In this document: positions 36,761 to 46,893 of the stretch, in pieces
How positions within the stretch are numbered: position 1 is the first letter of the stretch
How the letters are laid out: each line of letters opens with the position of its first letter
Assembly (NCBI GenBank): GCA_965207885.1
Contig: OZ242311.1
Span: 1,312,001 to 1,376,000, forward strand
Direction: 5' to 3'
Length of the DNA: 64,000 nucleotides
Origin: Candidatus Latescibacterota bacterium
Lineage (GTDB): Bacteria > Latescibacterota > UBA2968
Notes under the pieces: generated by a model
What the model saw: the letters and a program-made list of their open reading frames with translations, nothing else
What the model was told of the DNA's origin: nothing
The model's database searches: none
Position numbers and translations under genes: made by a program

Positions 36761-37966
36761 ATGAGATATTTTTTAACTTGCATCACACTCGTGCTCTGCA
36801 CGGCACAGGTGTATGCACAACAACCCACCGGTGTCAAAGCAGAAGACACCCCCAACGACTCGGGAGGCAGCATCACCGTTGTGTGGAACCGCGCAGAACT
36901 TCCCGACGGTGCAATGTATAAAATTGTAGTCAGTGAATCGGAAACCGGTCCTTTTCACCCCGCAGCCAATATCGACCCATCGGGCAACCTGCAATCCAGC
37001 GATCCAGGCACTTTTGGGCATGGCGAAGAAACATCCCAAATGCACTTTGCCAAAATCGCTGAATATACTGATCCCACCGATCCGTCTAAAAAGATCGCCA
37101 TCGAAAACGGCAAAACCTATTATGTACAGGTTATATCCCTATCTCCCTCTGGCGAATCATTTCCCTCTGCAGTCGCAAGCGCAGAAGCGTCTGAAAATTT
37201 ATTCAACTTCCTCAAAACCAATAATTTCATCATCGGCACGATCTTCTCCCTCATCATTTTAGGCGGCATTTTCCTCGCCCAAAAACGCGAACTCTTCATC
37301 CGCCGCATCGCCGGTCTCGAAGCCCTTAACGAAGCCCTCGGTCGCGCAACTGAAATGGGCAAACCCGTGCTTTTTGCACACGGATTGCATCCCATGGGTA
37401 GTGTTTCTACCATTGCGGCGATCAATGTTCTCGCGCGCGTGGCAAATCGCACTGCCGAATTTAACACCGAATTGCGCGTGGCCAACAATGATCCCGTAGT
37501 AATGGCTGTGAGTCAGGAGGTCGTCAAAGAATCCTATCTCAACGCAGGTCGGCCCGATGCCTACTCAGAGGACATGGTCTTTATGGTTGCCACCGAGCAA
37601 TTCAGCTATGCCGCAGCTCTCGACGGCATGATGGTGCGCGACAGACCAGCTACCAATATCATGATGGGCTATTTCTACGCAGAATCGCTCTTGCTGGCAG
37701 AAACAGGTGCTTCCATAGGCGCAATCCAAATCGCGGGTACTGACTCCTACACCCAACTGCCCTTTTTCATTACCACCTGTGACTATACGCTCATGGGCGA
37801 AGAACTCTATGCGGCAAGCGCGTATCTCGCCCGCGAACCCAAATTGCTGGGTAGCCTCAAAGGTCAAGACATCGGCAAAGCAGTGCTCTTAATCGTCATG
37901 ATTTTGGGCACGATCCTGGCGACTCTTGGAAGTCAAACACTCACGCATATTTTCACGGCATATTAG
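36761..37966 (+). CDS. DUF6754-like membrane protein with N-terminal FN3-like extracytoplasmic domain
   Basis: Signal peptide, DTPNDSGGSITVVW, IRRIAGLEAL.EA.GRATEMGKP, QLPFFITTCDYTLMGEELYAASAYL. Confidence 0.7.
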   Translation: MRYFLTCITLVLCTAQVYAQQPTGVKAEDTPNDSGGSITVVWNRAELPDGAMYKIVVSESETGPFHPAANIDPSGNLQSSDPGTFGHGEETSQMHFAKIAEYTDPTDPSKKIAIENGKTYYVQVISLSPSGESFPSAVASAEASENLFNFLKTNNFIIGTIFSLIILGGIFLAQKRELFIRRIAGLEALNEALGRATEMGKPVLFAHGLHPMGSVSTIAAINVLARVANRTAEFNTELRVANNDPVVMAVSQEVVKESYLNAGRPDAYSEDMVFMVATEQFSYAAALDGMMVRDRPATNIMMGYFYAESLLLAETGASIGAIQIAGTDSYTQLPFFITTCDYTLMGEELYAASAYLAREPKLLGSLKGQDIGKAVLLIVMILGTILATLGSQTLTHIFTAY

Positions 37967-37980
37967 CAGAGGATTCTTTC

Positions 37981-38637
37981 ATGCTTTTTTTAAGACGTAC
38001 TCTTCCGCTAATCATCGCCTTTGTCCTGGGTATGATTGGCATTCTCGTTTTCTATATCCCATACAGCGGTGCTCAAAGTCTCGAACAAGAATTGGCAACA
38101 TGGGATCGAATTGTCGCTGCCTTTGCTATGATATTGGGCATCTATAGCCTGATGCGATTGCACTGGAACCGCGTTCAACGCCAGCAAGCTGCATGGGGAT
38201 ATAGTTTCCTGGTATTCGTGGGTTTTGTAATTACAACTCTCTTTGCAATCTACAATGATGGTATAGGTCCATTCGAGCCACAGGTACTCAATTCGGGACC
38301 TTTTGACTGGATGTATAAATACGTCCAGGTACCTGCCGATGCCACCATGTTCTCCATACTCGCGTTTTTCATCGCCTCGGCAGCCTATCGCACTTTTCGA
38401 GCCCGCACGCCCGAAGCGGCAATCCTGCTCGTATCCGCCATTATCGTGATGATCGGCCGTGTACCCATTGGCGCGTCAATTTACCATGGACTTCCCGAAA
38501 TTGCCCAGTGGATGATGGATGTGCCCAATCTGGCAGCCAAACGCGGCATCTTGCTCGGCGTCAGCCTTGGTGCTGTCGCCACGGCATTGCGTATCATCTT
38601 TGGCATCGAACGCTCTTATCTCGGCGGAGGTGAATAA
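37981..38637 (+). CDS. Integral membrane protein (about 6 TM)
   Basis: TMFSILAFFIASAAYRTFRART.EA, and LRIIFGIER.YLG. Confidence 0.75.
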   Translation: MLFLRRTLPLIIAFVLGMIGILVFYIPYSGAQSLEQELATWDRIVAAFAMILGIYSLMRLHWNRVQRQQAAWGYSFLVFVGFVITTLFAIYNDGIGPFEPQVLNSGPFDWMYKYVQVPADATMFSILAFFIASAAYRTFRARTPEAAILLVSAIIVMIGRVPIGASIYHGLPEIAQWMMDVPNLAAKRGILLGVSLGAVATALRIIFGIERSYLGGGE

Positions 38638-39467
38638 TGAAAGAATTTTTGCTCAATATCGACCGCCGCATCATCTTCATTTTTGTCGCGCTCGGCATCA
38701 TCATTCCATCGTTGGCAGCCGTGCGCCTGCCTATTCCCATCACAAAAGATGTGAAAGCGATTTACGACACCATCGAAGAAGTGAGTGCAAAAAACGGCAC
38801 CATTCTCATCTCCTTTGACTACGGTCCCGGCTCCATGCCCGAAGTACAGCCCATGGCCCTTGCAGTTTTGCGCCACTGTTTTCGCAAAAATGTCAAAGTT
38901 GTTGGAATGTCTCACTGGCCAACTGCTGTGGGGCTTGCACAAGAAGCATTTGATACCGCATCAAAAGAATTTGTCACACAATACGGTGAGGATTATACGT
39001 ATCTGGGTTATAAACCGGGTGGGGGTTCTCTGGTCATCAATATGGGCAGAAACTTTCACGATGCATTTCAAAAAGATTTGCAAGGTAGCGATACGACCGA
39101 ATTACCTGTCACCAAAAACATAAAGGGATTGGCGGACTTCGACTATGTGATCTGCCTGGCATCGGGCAACACACCCGATGGGATATGGATACCTTTCGGG
39201 CAAGAACGCTACAAATTCAAATTTGGCATTGGCTGTACTGCTGTTATGGCACCCGATCAATACCCCTATTTGCAATCGGGCCAAATGAACGGCATGATGG
39301 GCGGATTGGCCGGTGCCGCCGAATATGAAACCCTGATTGAAACATCGGACAAAGCCACCGCAGGCATGGGTGCACAATCCTTTGTTCATCTCATCATCAT
39401 CGCCTTCATCATATTGGGCAATGTGATGTACTTCCTCTATGGCCGCCAGAAAGGGGGCGTCCAGTGA
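38637..39467 (+). CDS. Membrane-anchored protein, possibly a distant relative of the DUF6754 protein
   Basis: N- and C-terminal TM helices. SFDYGPGSMPE, YPYLQSGQ..G.MGGL.GAAEYE. Confidence 0.7.
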   Translation: MKEFLLNIDRRIIFIFVALGIIIPSLAAVRLPIPITKDVKAIYDTIEEVSAKNGTILISFDYGPGSMPEVQPMALAVLRHCFRKNVKVVGMSHWPTAVGLAQEAFDTASKEFVTQYGEDYTYLGYKPGGGSLVINMGRNFHDAFQKDLQGSDTTELPVTKNIKGLADFDYVICLASGNTPDGIWIPFGQERYKFKFGIGCTAVMAPDQYPYLQSGQMNGMMGGLAGAAEYETLIETSDKATAGMGAQSFVHLIIIAFIILGNVMYFLYGRQKGGVQ

Positions 39468-40195
39468 AACGCGATCATATAATTTTTATTGCCTTCTTGT
39501 TCCTCTTTGCCGCCATCAATATTTACCTCTTTGGCTCAGACAAGCTCTCTCTGGATTGGGCCGGCTTTGGCATATTTATTGCGGCTGGCATTACCCTGTC
39601 GCTTTACAGCTTTCTCTACGAAGACAACCCCCTCTTCAAATTTGCCGAAAATCTCTATGTAGGAGTCGCAGCCGCGTACACGCTCACACAGGTCTGGTAC
39701 AACGTGCTTTTGGTCGATGTCGTGAATCCCCTCTCCGAACTCGGCAGCGAAAGCATGAACAACTTGTGGCTCATTGTCCCCACATTGCTCGGTTTCTTTA
39801 TGCTCACCCAACTCTCCTCAGCAAAATTTAGCTGGCTCAGTCGTATCGCATTCGCGTTTGTGGTTGGCCTGGGATCGGGGCTGGCTATTCCGCGCACCAT
39901 TGCGGCCAATGTTTTGGCTCAACTAGAACCGACCATGCAACCCATAACAGCCACCTGGGCTGGATTAGACCTCTTCATTATTCTGGTCGGTGTCGTTACA
40001 GTACTCGTGTATTTCTTTTACTCTGTCGAACACACTGGCCCCGTGGGCGTGGCGTCCAAAATCGGTATCTGGTTCCTCATGATCTCGTTCGGTGCATCAT
40101 TTGGCTACACCATCATGGCGCGTCTCTCGCTGCTGATTGGGCGCGTCGGATTCTTACTTGAAGACTGGCTCGTGCTCGAATTGCCTCTATTTTGA
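39464..40195 (+). CDS. Integral membrane protein
   Basis: YSFLYEDNPLFKFAENLYVG, FLMISFGASFGYTIMARLSLL. About 7 TM. Confidence 0.75.
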   Translation: MKRDHIIFIAFLFLFAAINIYLFGSDKLSLDWAGFGIFIAAGITLSLYSFLYEDNPLFKFAENLYVGVAAAYTLTQVWYNVLLVDVVNPLSELGSESMNNLWLIVPTLLGFFMLTQLSSAKFSWLSRIAFAFVVGLGSGLAIPRTIAANVLAQLEPTMQPITATWAGLDLFIILVGVVTVLVYFFYSVEHTGPVGVASKIGIWFLMISFGASFGYTIMARLSLLIGRVGFLLEDWLVLELPLF

Positions 40196-40280
40196 TTTGG
40201 GGAGCAGCGCGTGTCCATTCACTCATTGCAAAAAAACGGGAACGTTCAAACCTGTATAGAAGTCCAAAGAAAAATCTTAC

Positions 40281-41243
40281 ATGCCCAATTCCGTGCTGAC
40301 AGTTGACAACCTCCAAACGCATTTTCACACAGACAGCGGAACAGCGAGGGCGGTAGATGGTGTATCATTCACACTCAACAAGGGCGAAACTTACGGCCTT
40401 GTTGGTGAATCGGGGTGCGGAAAAAGTGTTACTTCGCTGTCAATCATGCGATTGGTACCTCATCCTGGCCGCATTGAAGGTGGGCATATTTTTTTTCAAA
40501 ACCGAGACCTGGTATCCCTTTCGGATACCGAAATGCGCGACATACGCGGCAATGACATTGCCATGATCTTTCAGGAACCCATGACCAGCCTCAACCCGGT
40601 TTACACCTGTGGGTTCCAGATTGATGAAGCCGTGAGGCGGCATCAGGGATTAGAAAAAACAGAAGCGCGAAAAAAAACAGTTGAAATGCTCCACCTCGTG
40701 GGCCTGCCCGATCCCGAGCAACGCGCAAACGAATACCCGCACCAATTATCGGGCGGACAACGCCAGCGCGTCATGATCGCCATGGCCCTCTCGTGCAATC
40801 CCAAAGTGCTGATAGCCGACGAACCCACAACAGCACTCGATGTCACTATTCAGGCGCAAATCCTGGACCTGTTGCGCGACTTGCAACAACAACTCGGCAT
40901 GGCCGTCCTGCTCATCACACACGATTTGGGTATTATTGCCGAAGCCGCCGATCAGGTCGCGGTCATGTACGCAGGCAAAATTGTAGAAACCGGACCATCA
41001 GATGCGATCTTTCACAACCCCAGGCATCCTTACACGCAGGGTTTACTCGCATCAGTACCCCGTCTGGATATCGCGAATAATCGCCTCAGAACCATTCCGG
41101 GCACAGTGCCCGAAGCCACGCGATTTCCACCGGGATGTCGATTTGCAGATCGATGTGAAAAAGTCGATTCAATTTGCAGGGAAACCACACCGCAACTGCA
41201 ACCAATTGACGGCGATCACCAGACCGCATGTTGGATGGCATAA
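40281..41243 (+). CDS. Oligopeptide/dipeptide ABC ATPase (OppD/DppD-like)
   Basis: [24 protein letters not shown] and C-terminal Cys motif. Confidence 0.92.
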   Translation: MPNSVLTVDNLQTHFHTDSGTARAVDGVSFTLNKGETYGLVGESGCGKSVTSLSIMRLVPHPGRIEGGHIFFQNRDLVSLSDTEMRDIRGNDIAMIFQEPMTSLNPVYTCGFQIDEAVRRHQGLEKTEARKKTVEMLHLVGLPDPEQRANEYPHQLSGGQRQRVMIAMALSCNPKVLIADEPTTALDVTIQAQILDLLRDLQQQLGMAVLLITHDLGIIAEAADQVAVMYAGKIVETGPSDAIFHNPRHPYTQGLLASVPRLDIANNRLRTIPGTVPEATRFPPGCRFADRCEKVDSICRETTPQLQPIDGDHQTACWMA

Positions 41244-41254
41244 GGCGAGAAATA

Positions 41255-42205
41255 GTGCTTCTTCAAGTTCAAAAACTAAAAAAATACTACCCCATTTCTC
41301 AGGGACTCTGGGGGCGCAACGCCGGGCATGTCAAAGCAGTAGATGACGTGAGCTTCGATATCTCTCCCGGCGAAACCCTCGGCCTGGTCGGCGAATCCGG
41401 ATGCGGAAAAACCACAACGGGACGCGCTATCTTGCGCCTTATTGATGCAACATCAGGCACCGTGCGATTCAAAAATACCGACATCCTCTCCCTGGGAAAA
41501 AAACAACTTCGAACACTGCGCCGGCACATGCAAATCATCTTTCAGGACCCTTACGGATCGCTCAACCCCCGTCTCACCATTGGCGGCATCCTCTCGGAAC
41601 CCCTGAAAATCCACGGCGACAAAACAAAAGATCGAGTCGCCGACCTGCTCAACACCGTGGGCTTATCTCCTGACGTCGCCCGCCGATATCCGCACGAATT
41701 TTCCGGTGGACAGCGACAGCGCATTGGCATTGCCCGCGCATTGGCTGTAAAACCGCAATTCATTGTCGCGGACGAACCCGTGTCTGCACTCGACGTATCG
41801 ATTCAGGCACAAATTGTAAACTTGCTCCAGGATTTACAGACACAGTTCGGCCTCGCCTATCTCTTTATCGCGCACGACCTGAGCGTGGTCAAACACATCT
41901 CCAACCGCGTGGCAGTCATGTACCTGGGCAAAATTGTCGAACTGGCAGAAAGCCAGGAACTCTACGACAATCCGCAGCATCCCTATACACGCGCATTGCT
42001 CTCATCAATCCCCATACCCGACCCGCGCGTCAGGGGATCGCGCACCATTTTAACAGGCGATGTGCCCAGCCCGGTCAACATACCTTCGGGTTGTGCATTT
42101 CATCCGCGCTGTCCCGAAGCAACGCCGGACTGCGCCCACCGCAAACCCGAACTCTTAGACATCGAACCCGGTCACAGCGTGGCCTGTATCTTGCGGCACA
42201 ACTAA
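41255..42205 (+). CDS. Oligopeptide/dipeptide ABC ATPase (OppF/DppF-like)
   Basis: [32 protein letters not shown]. Confidence 0.92.
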   Translation: MLLQVQKLKKYYPISQGLWGRNAGHVKAVDDVSFDISPGETLGLVGESGCGKTTTGRAILRLIDATSGTVRFKNTDILSLGKKQLRTLRRHMQIIFQDPYGSLNPRLTIGGILSEPLKIHGDKTKDRVADLLNTVGLSPDVARRYPHEFSGGQRQRIGIARALAVKPQFIVADEPVSALDVSIQAQIVNLLQDLQTQFGLAYLFIAHDLSVVKHISNRVAVMYLGKIVELAESQELYDNPQHPYTRALLSSIPIPDPRVRGSRTILTGDVPSPVNIPSGCAFHPRCPEATPDCAHRKPELLDIEPGHSVACILRHN

Positions 42206-42253
42206 GGCGCAGAACCCGTGTGCCAACTCACCCACTATTTCAAGGAGTCATAA

Positions 42254-45200
42254 GTGAAGGTCTTCAAAATATTAACGTTGCTGTGCCTCACCGGCCTCAT
42301 ATCCCACACCGTCCAGGCACAGCCCCCCTCTTTAGGTCCCGCCAAAGCCATTGGGGTTGACCTCGCCAATACCCCGCTGAACCGTCCGTCTCCCGATCAG
42401 AAAAGCTACACCTATTGGAAGCCCGAAACAGCCGACGGCTTTTTTCCATCGCTTTTGGGACTGCGTACGGCTGGCGCTCAAATGATCCGCACCAGATATT
42501 TCAATATCTACTTCTCTACAGCCGAAAAAACCGCCCGTCACATTGCCGATTTCTGCGATGAGGTTCTCTCGAATCTCATGCGCCATTACCCCACCTTTGT
42601 CGATCGCATTGCACCCATCCACGTCGTCGTTGACGATCAGGCGGATTATCTGGGCAATGCCTTTGCCGTGTACAGCGCCAATTACATCCACTTTTGGACC
42701 AACCCCATCGACTGGGAAATCCGCGGCACCAGTGACTGGGTACGCAATGTTTTTGTCCATGAACTCGCCCACATCGTAACACTGAAAGCCGCCTATAAGG
42801 GCTTGCCATTCCAAATTGGCATAGTCAACGCCTCTCGCGCCAATGAAAATCCCGATTTCAGCTTTACACTTGGCCTGTATCACCTCGCTGTCAACTCGGG
42901 TTTTGCCGAAGGCATCTCGCAATACGAAGCCACCGAATACGGCGACGACCGCTGGGACACACACCGCGATATGCTCCTGCGCATGGCCGCGCTCGAAAAT
43001 GACTTACTCTCCCTCCCCAGCATGGGGCAACTCGGCGGCAAGGGCAATTTCCACGGCGAAATGGTCTATAATCAGGGATATGCCATGCTCAACTACATTG
43101 GCGAACGCTTTAGTCCGAGTGTCGTCAGACAGATCTTTGAACACAGACCCATTATCAACTTCAACTCCTCGCTCAAAAAAGCCACTGGCGTATCGGCCAA
43201 ACAACTCTACCGCGACTGGAAAGCGCATATCGAAGAACAATACAGCGCAGTTCAAAGCGACATCCAAGAAGCCGGCGAACGCGAAGGCGAATTGATCGTC
43301 GATAGGGGCAATTTGGACTATCACCCGGTCTATTCCCCGCAAGGCGACAAGCTGGGCTTTATCTCCAACGACGACAGCGACTATTTCATCACCGAACTCA
43401 AAGTGATGGATCTCACCACCAAAAAAGTCACAAAAATAGCCGACCGCGTCGATAATCGCTTTGTCTGGACAGCCAGCGGCGACAGCCTGATGTACATCAA
43501 AGCCGTAGGCGCGCGTTGGGACATCTTCACCTATGACATCAAAACGAAAAAAGAAACCCGCGTCACCGTTGGTCTGCGCGGCAAAGACCCCACCCTCTCC
43601 CCCGATGGCAAACAAATCGCCTTTGTAACCATGAGAGATGGCACGGCGAACATCGGCCTTGTAAACACCGACGGCACCGATGTGCGGTACCTCACAAATA
43701 ACAACGACGCCACACAGTATTTTGGCCCAAAATGGTCGCCCGACGGCAAACACCTGCTCTTCAGCATATTCCGCACGGGCGAAGACCGCGACATTGCCAT
43801 CATCGACGTGAATGCCACAACCTGGGAAAAGAAAAAAGGCCGGCGTTCGCTGGAAAAAAAAGAAGTTGACACACAACTCGACAGCCTCCAGCAGGCAAAA
43901 GCCGACAGCCTCAAGGCATTTCCCGACAGCCTCGCCTATGCCAACAATGCCAACTTCAAAGCCATCGTACACTCCACAGCCGACGAACGCGATCCCGTCT
44001 GGCTGCCCGATGGCAGTGGATTTGTCTTCAGTTCGGACCGCACGGGCATCTTCAACCTCTACACCCACGACATGGCCACCGGAGAACAAAAGCAACTGAC
44101 CAATGTTGTGGGCGGCGCGTTTTTGCCCACGATATCCCCCGACGCCAAAGACGTGATCTACGCAGGGTATCATGCAGCGAACTACAACCTCTACCGCATT
44201 CCCCTATCCGAGGCCGTTGCCGTTGATCCCCCCGAGGGTATTGCGCGAGACTATGCCGAAATTTACACCGGCAAATCCATCACCGACCTTCACGACATCG
44301 GAAGGTATTCCACGCGCCTCGTCTCCTACGGCATCACACCCATCGCATTGCTGGGCCCCACATTTATCGGCAACCGATTCGGCCTGGATCAAATCAGCGC
44401 GGGTGTTCAATGGGCCTGGGGCGACCTGCTCGGCAGCGACGTTTTTGTAACCACCGCCCTGATCGGCAAAAACTTCAGACGGCAACAAGACTTCAACTCG
44501 GAATTCGCCTTCTACTACCAGAACAGCCTCACCCCCATTCTATCTGAACAAAGCACCTATGTCCCCCGCATCTTCTTTGGAGGCAGCAGGCAAACCATCA
44601 ACAGCATCGTGGATTTGGGTACCGTCCAAACCGTGCGCGATACACTGACCGGCACATTGATCACTCAAAACGACGAAGGACAACAGGTTTTAATCCCCAA
44701 TGTCACGCAGCACTTAGACCTCACGGTCACAGAAGAAGACGATTTTAAGGATGTATTCTCCGATTTTACGGTAGGCGCCGAAATGGGGGTAGGCCGCGGA
44801 CACTATTTCAGTCTGGCCTATGGCTACCGCAAGTATTCTGAAAACCTGCACGCCGTTCAGGTCCTCCACGACAGCTCTCGCGTCTTTCAGACCAATTTGG
44901 GGACAGGTGAGGTTGAAGACATCACCGATCAGATTCCCGGTCCGGGCTATGCATCGCAGGAAACCCTTCTCGACGATTTTCTCTACAAAGAACTCGACTT
45001 CTTCAAAAGTAACGAATGGATGGGCGGTTGGAGCTACATCACCCTCAAACCCGCCACCGACCTCTACATCAACCCATCGGGCGGTCGCGCATTATCCTTC
45101 CGCTATCGGCGCATCAACGCAACCGTGATAGATTCGCTGGCCCGCACGCCAGATCTGAACGAGGACTTTGTCCCGGATGCAATCGGCGAAGACCTGTCAC

Positions 45201-45829
45201 CCGCATTTTTCCGGGGCGATAAAGTCAACGTGGGATTCAACGAATACATCGCCTCCTTCAATGAATTTATCCCGCTCGTTGGCCGCTCAACACTCGCCCT
45301 ACAGGTCTTTGGAGCCTACAAAGACAGCTACGTTAAAGAAGTACAACAAGAAGGCGGCACATTTGAAGGCGTATTCTATTACCCCCTGCGCTATTATCTC
45401 GGTGGTCTGGGCACCTTGCGCGGCTATCCGTATTTCACAATCGCAGGCGGCAAAGCCCTCTTTGGTCGCACCACGCTGACCCTGCCCATCTTTAAGCACA
45501 TCGGTGCGGAACTGCCGCCCCTCTTTTTTGACAAAGTTTACGCCTCGCTCTTCTTTGAGTTTGGCGGCACATCCAATGCCGCCAGCATCGGCGATATTTT
45601 TGACGTAAATGAAGAAGTACACAGTGGGCGGTGGGACAAATTCAAAGACTCTTTCCTATTCGACTACGGCGCCGAAATTCGATTCCAGGTGTTTTCACAT
45701 TACCGCTTGCCCATGTTCGGCTATTTCATAGTTGCCCGTCCCACCAAACTCGAAGTCCCGTCCCGCAACAATCCCGACATTATCGAAGAAGTAAGCGGGA
45801 TGCGATTCTATTTTGGCCTGTCATTGTAA
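42254..45829 (+). CDS. Peptidase MA-like + PD40 propeller + Omp85-like barrel (paralog of 4837-7878)
   Basis: HELAH...FAEGISQY, DRWDTHRDMLLR, WSPDG repeats, GGLGTLRGYPY. Confidence 0.75.
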   Translation: MKVFKILTLLCLTGLISHTVQAQPPSLGPAKAIGVDLANTPLNRPSPDQKSYTYWKPETADGFFPSLLGLRTAGAQMIRTRYFNIYFSTAEKTARHIADFCDEVLSNLMRHYPTFVDRIAPIHVVVDDQADYLGNAFAVYSANYIHFWTNPIDWEIRGTSDWVRNVFVHELAHIVTLKAAYKGLPFQIGIVNASRANENPDFSFTLGLYHLAVNSGFAEGISQYEATEYGDDRWDTHRDMLLRMAALENDLLSLPSMGQLGGKGNFHGEMVYNQGYAMLNYIGERFSPSVVRQIFEHRPIINFNSSLKKATGVSAKQLYRDWKAHIEEQYSAVQSDIQEAGEREGELIVDRGNLDYHPVYSPQGDKLGFISNDDSDYFITELKVMDLTTKKVTKIADRVDNRFVWTASGDSLMYIKAVGARWDIFTYDIKTKKETRVTVGLRGKDPTLSPDGKQIAFVTMRDGTANIGLVNTDGTDVRYLTNNNDATQYFGPKWSPDGKHLLFSIFRTGEDRDIAIIDVNATTWEKKKGRRSLEKKEVDTQLDSLQQAKADSLKAFPDSLAYANNANFKAIVHSTADERDPVWLPDGSGFVFSSDRTGIFNLYTHDMATGEQKQLTNVVGGAFLPTISPDAKDVIYAGYHAANYNLYRIPLSEAVAVDPPEGIARDYAEIYTGKSITDLHDIGRYSTRLVSYGITPIALLGPTFIGNRFGLDQISAGVQWAWGDLLGSDVFVTTALIGKNFRRQQDFNSEFAFYYQNSLTPILSEQSTYVPRIFFGGSRQTINSIVDLGTVQTVRDTLTGTLITQNDEGQQVLIPNVTQHLDLTVTEEDDFKDVFSDFTVGAEMGVGRGHYFSLAYGYRKYSENLHAVQVLHDSSRVFQTNLGTGEVEDITDQIPGPGYASQETLLDDFLYKELDFFKSNEWMGGWSYITLKPATDLYINPSGGRALSFRYRRINATVIDSLARTPDLNEDFVPDAIGEDLSPAFFRGDKVNVGFNEYIASFNEFIPLVGRSTLALQVFGAYKDSYVKEVQQEGGTFEGVFYYPLRYYLGGLGTLRGYPYFTIAGGKALFGRTTLTLPIFKHIGAELPPLFFDKVYASLFFEFGGTSNAASIGDIFDVNEEVHSGRWDKFKDSFLFDYGAEIRFQVFSHYRLPMFGYFIVARPTKLEVPSRNNPDIIEEVSGMRFYFGLSL

Positions 45830-45846
45830 AGCCATCTCTCGCAATC

Positions 45847-45881
45847 AAGTGCCCCGCCTTATAAACCGGTGGGGCACTTTT
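45847..45881 (+). terminator. Intrinsic terminator
   Basis: AAGTGCCCCGCC...GGTGGGGCACTT stem running into a short T tract. Confidence 0.65.
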
Positions 45882-45897
45882 CGCTGTTCTAACGCTT

Positions 45898-46764
45898 ATG
45901 CTCCAACTCATCCACGCGATGCGCCCGCGCGAATGGGTCAAAAATGTCTTTGTATTGGCCGCACTCGTTTTTACCAAACGCATTTTTGAACCCAGCGACC
46001 TCCTGCAAGGCAGTCTGGCCTTTCTCTGTTTCTGCCTCATATCTGGCGCAGCGTATCTTTTCAACGACATCCGAGACAAAGAAAACGACCACCAGCATCC
46101 TCTAAAACGCAACCGCCCGATAGCTTCGGGTGCTCTCCGCGTCTCTGTCGCCGCCATCGCCGCTGTTCTCCTCGCCCTGACCGCCCTGATCGGGGGATTT
46201 TATGTGCATCCCCATTTTGGCATCGTCCTCCTTATCTATGCAGTAATGAACATCGCCTATACGCTGTACCTCAAACACATCGTCATACTCGATGTGATGA
46301 TCATTGCCGCGGGATTTCTTCTGCGCGCCATCGGCGGTGCAGTGGCGATTCAGGTCGCCATTTCCTCCTGGTTCATCCTCTGTACCATGCTACTGGCTCT
46401 TTTCCTCGGCTTTGCCAAGCGCCGGCATGAACTCGCCCTGCTCGAAGGAGATGCCAGCGCCCACCGCCGCATCCTCGCAGAATATTCCCCACAATTTCTC
46501 GACCAGATGATCGCCATCGTCACAGCCGGCGCACTGGTATCCTACGCACTTTACACCATGTCGCCCGAAGTCATTGAAAAACTCGGCACCAAATACCTCA
46601 ACCTCACCATACCCTTTGTGATCTACGGTATGTTGCGCTACCTCTATCTCATCTACAAAAAAGATGGGGGCGGCAACCCCACCTCCACTGTATTAGGCGA
46701 TATCCCTCTCCTGATCGCCTGCGCCCTGTGGTTACTAACCCTGGGTGTAATACTCTACGTCTAA
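45898..46764 (+). CDS. UbiA-family polyprenyl-phosphate phosphoribosyltransferase (DPPR-synthase-like)
   Basis: RPREWVKN, YLFNDIRDKEND..HP.KR.RPIASG, KRRHE. Confidence 0.85.
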   Translation: MLQLIHAMRPREWVKNVFVLAALVFTKRIFEPSDLLQGSLAFLCFCLISGAAYLFNDIRDKENDHQHPLKRNRPIASGALRVSVAAIAAVLLALTALIGGFYVHPHFGIVLLIYAVMNIAYTLYLKHIVILDVMIIAAGFLLRAIGGAVAIQVAISSWFILCTMLLALFLGFAKRRHELALLEGDASAHRRILAEYSPQFLDQMIAIVTAGALVSYALYTMSPEVIEKLGTKYLNLTIPFVIYGMLRYLYLIYKKDGGGNPTSTVLGDIPLLIACALWLLTLGVILYV

Positions 46765-46893
46765 CCTCTCAGCCGCTCTGTCACTGAATCAGTTTTTATT
46801 TTCACCCCTGCACGCGGGCATTGTGAAAAGACTTCGTATTTTGTATTTTGAACCCCTGATCGTTTTTAATCCCTTCACACAAGGAGTTCCCGA

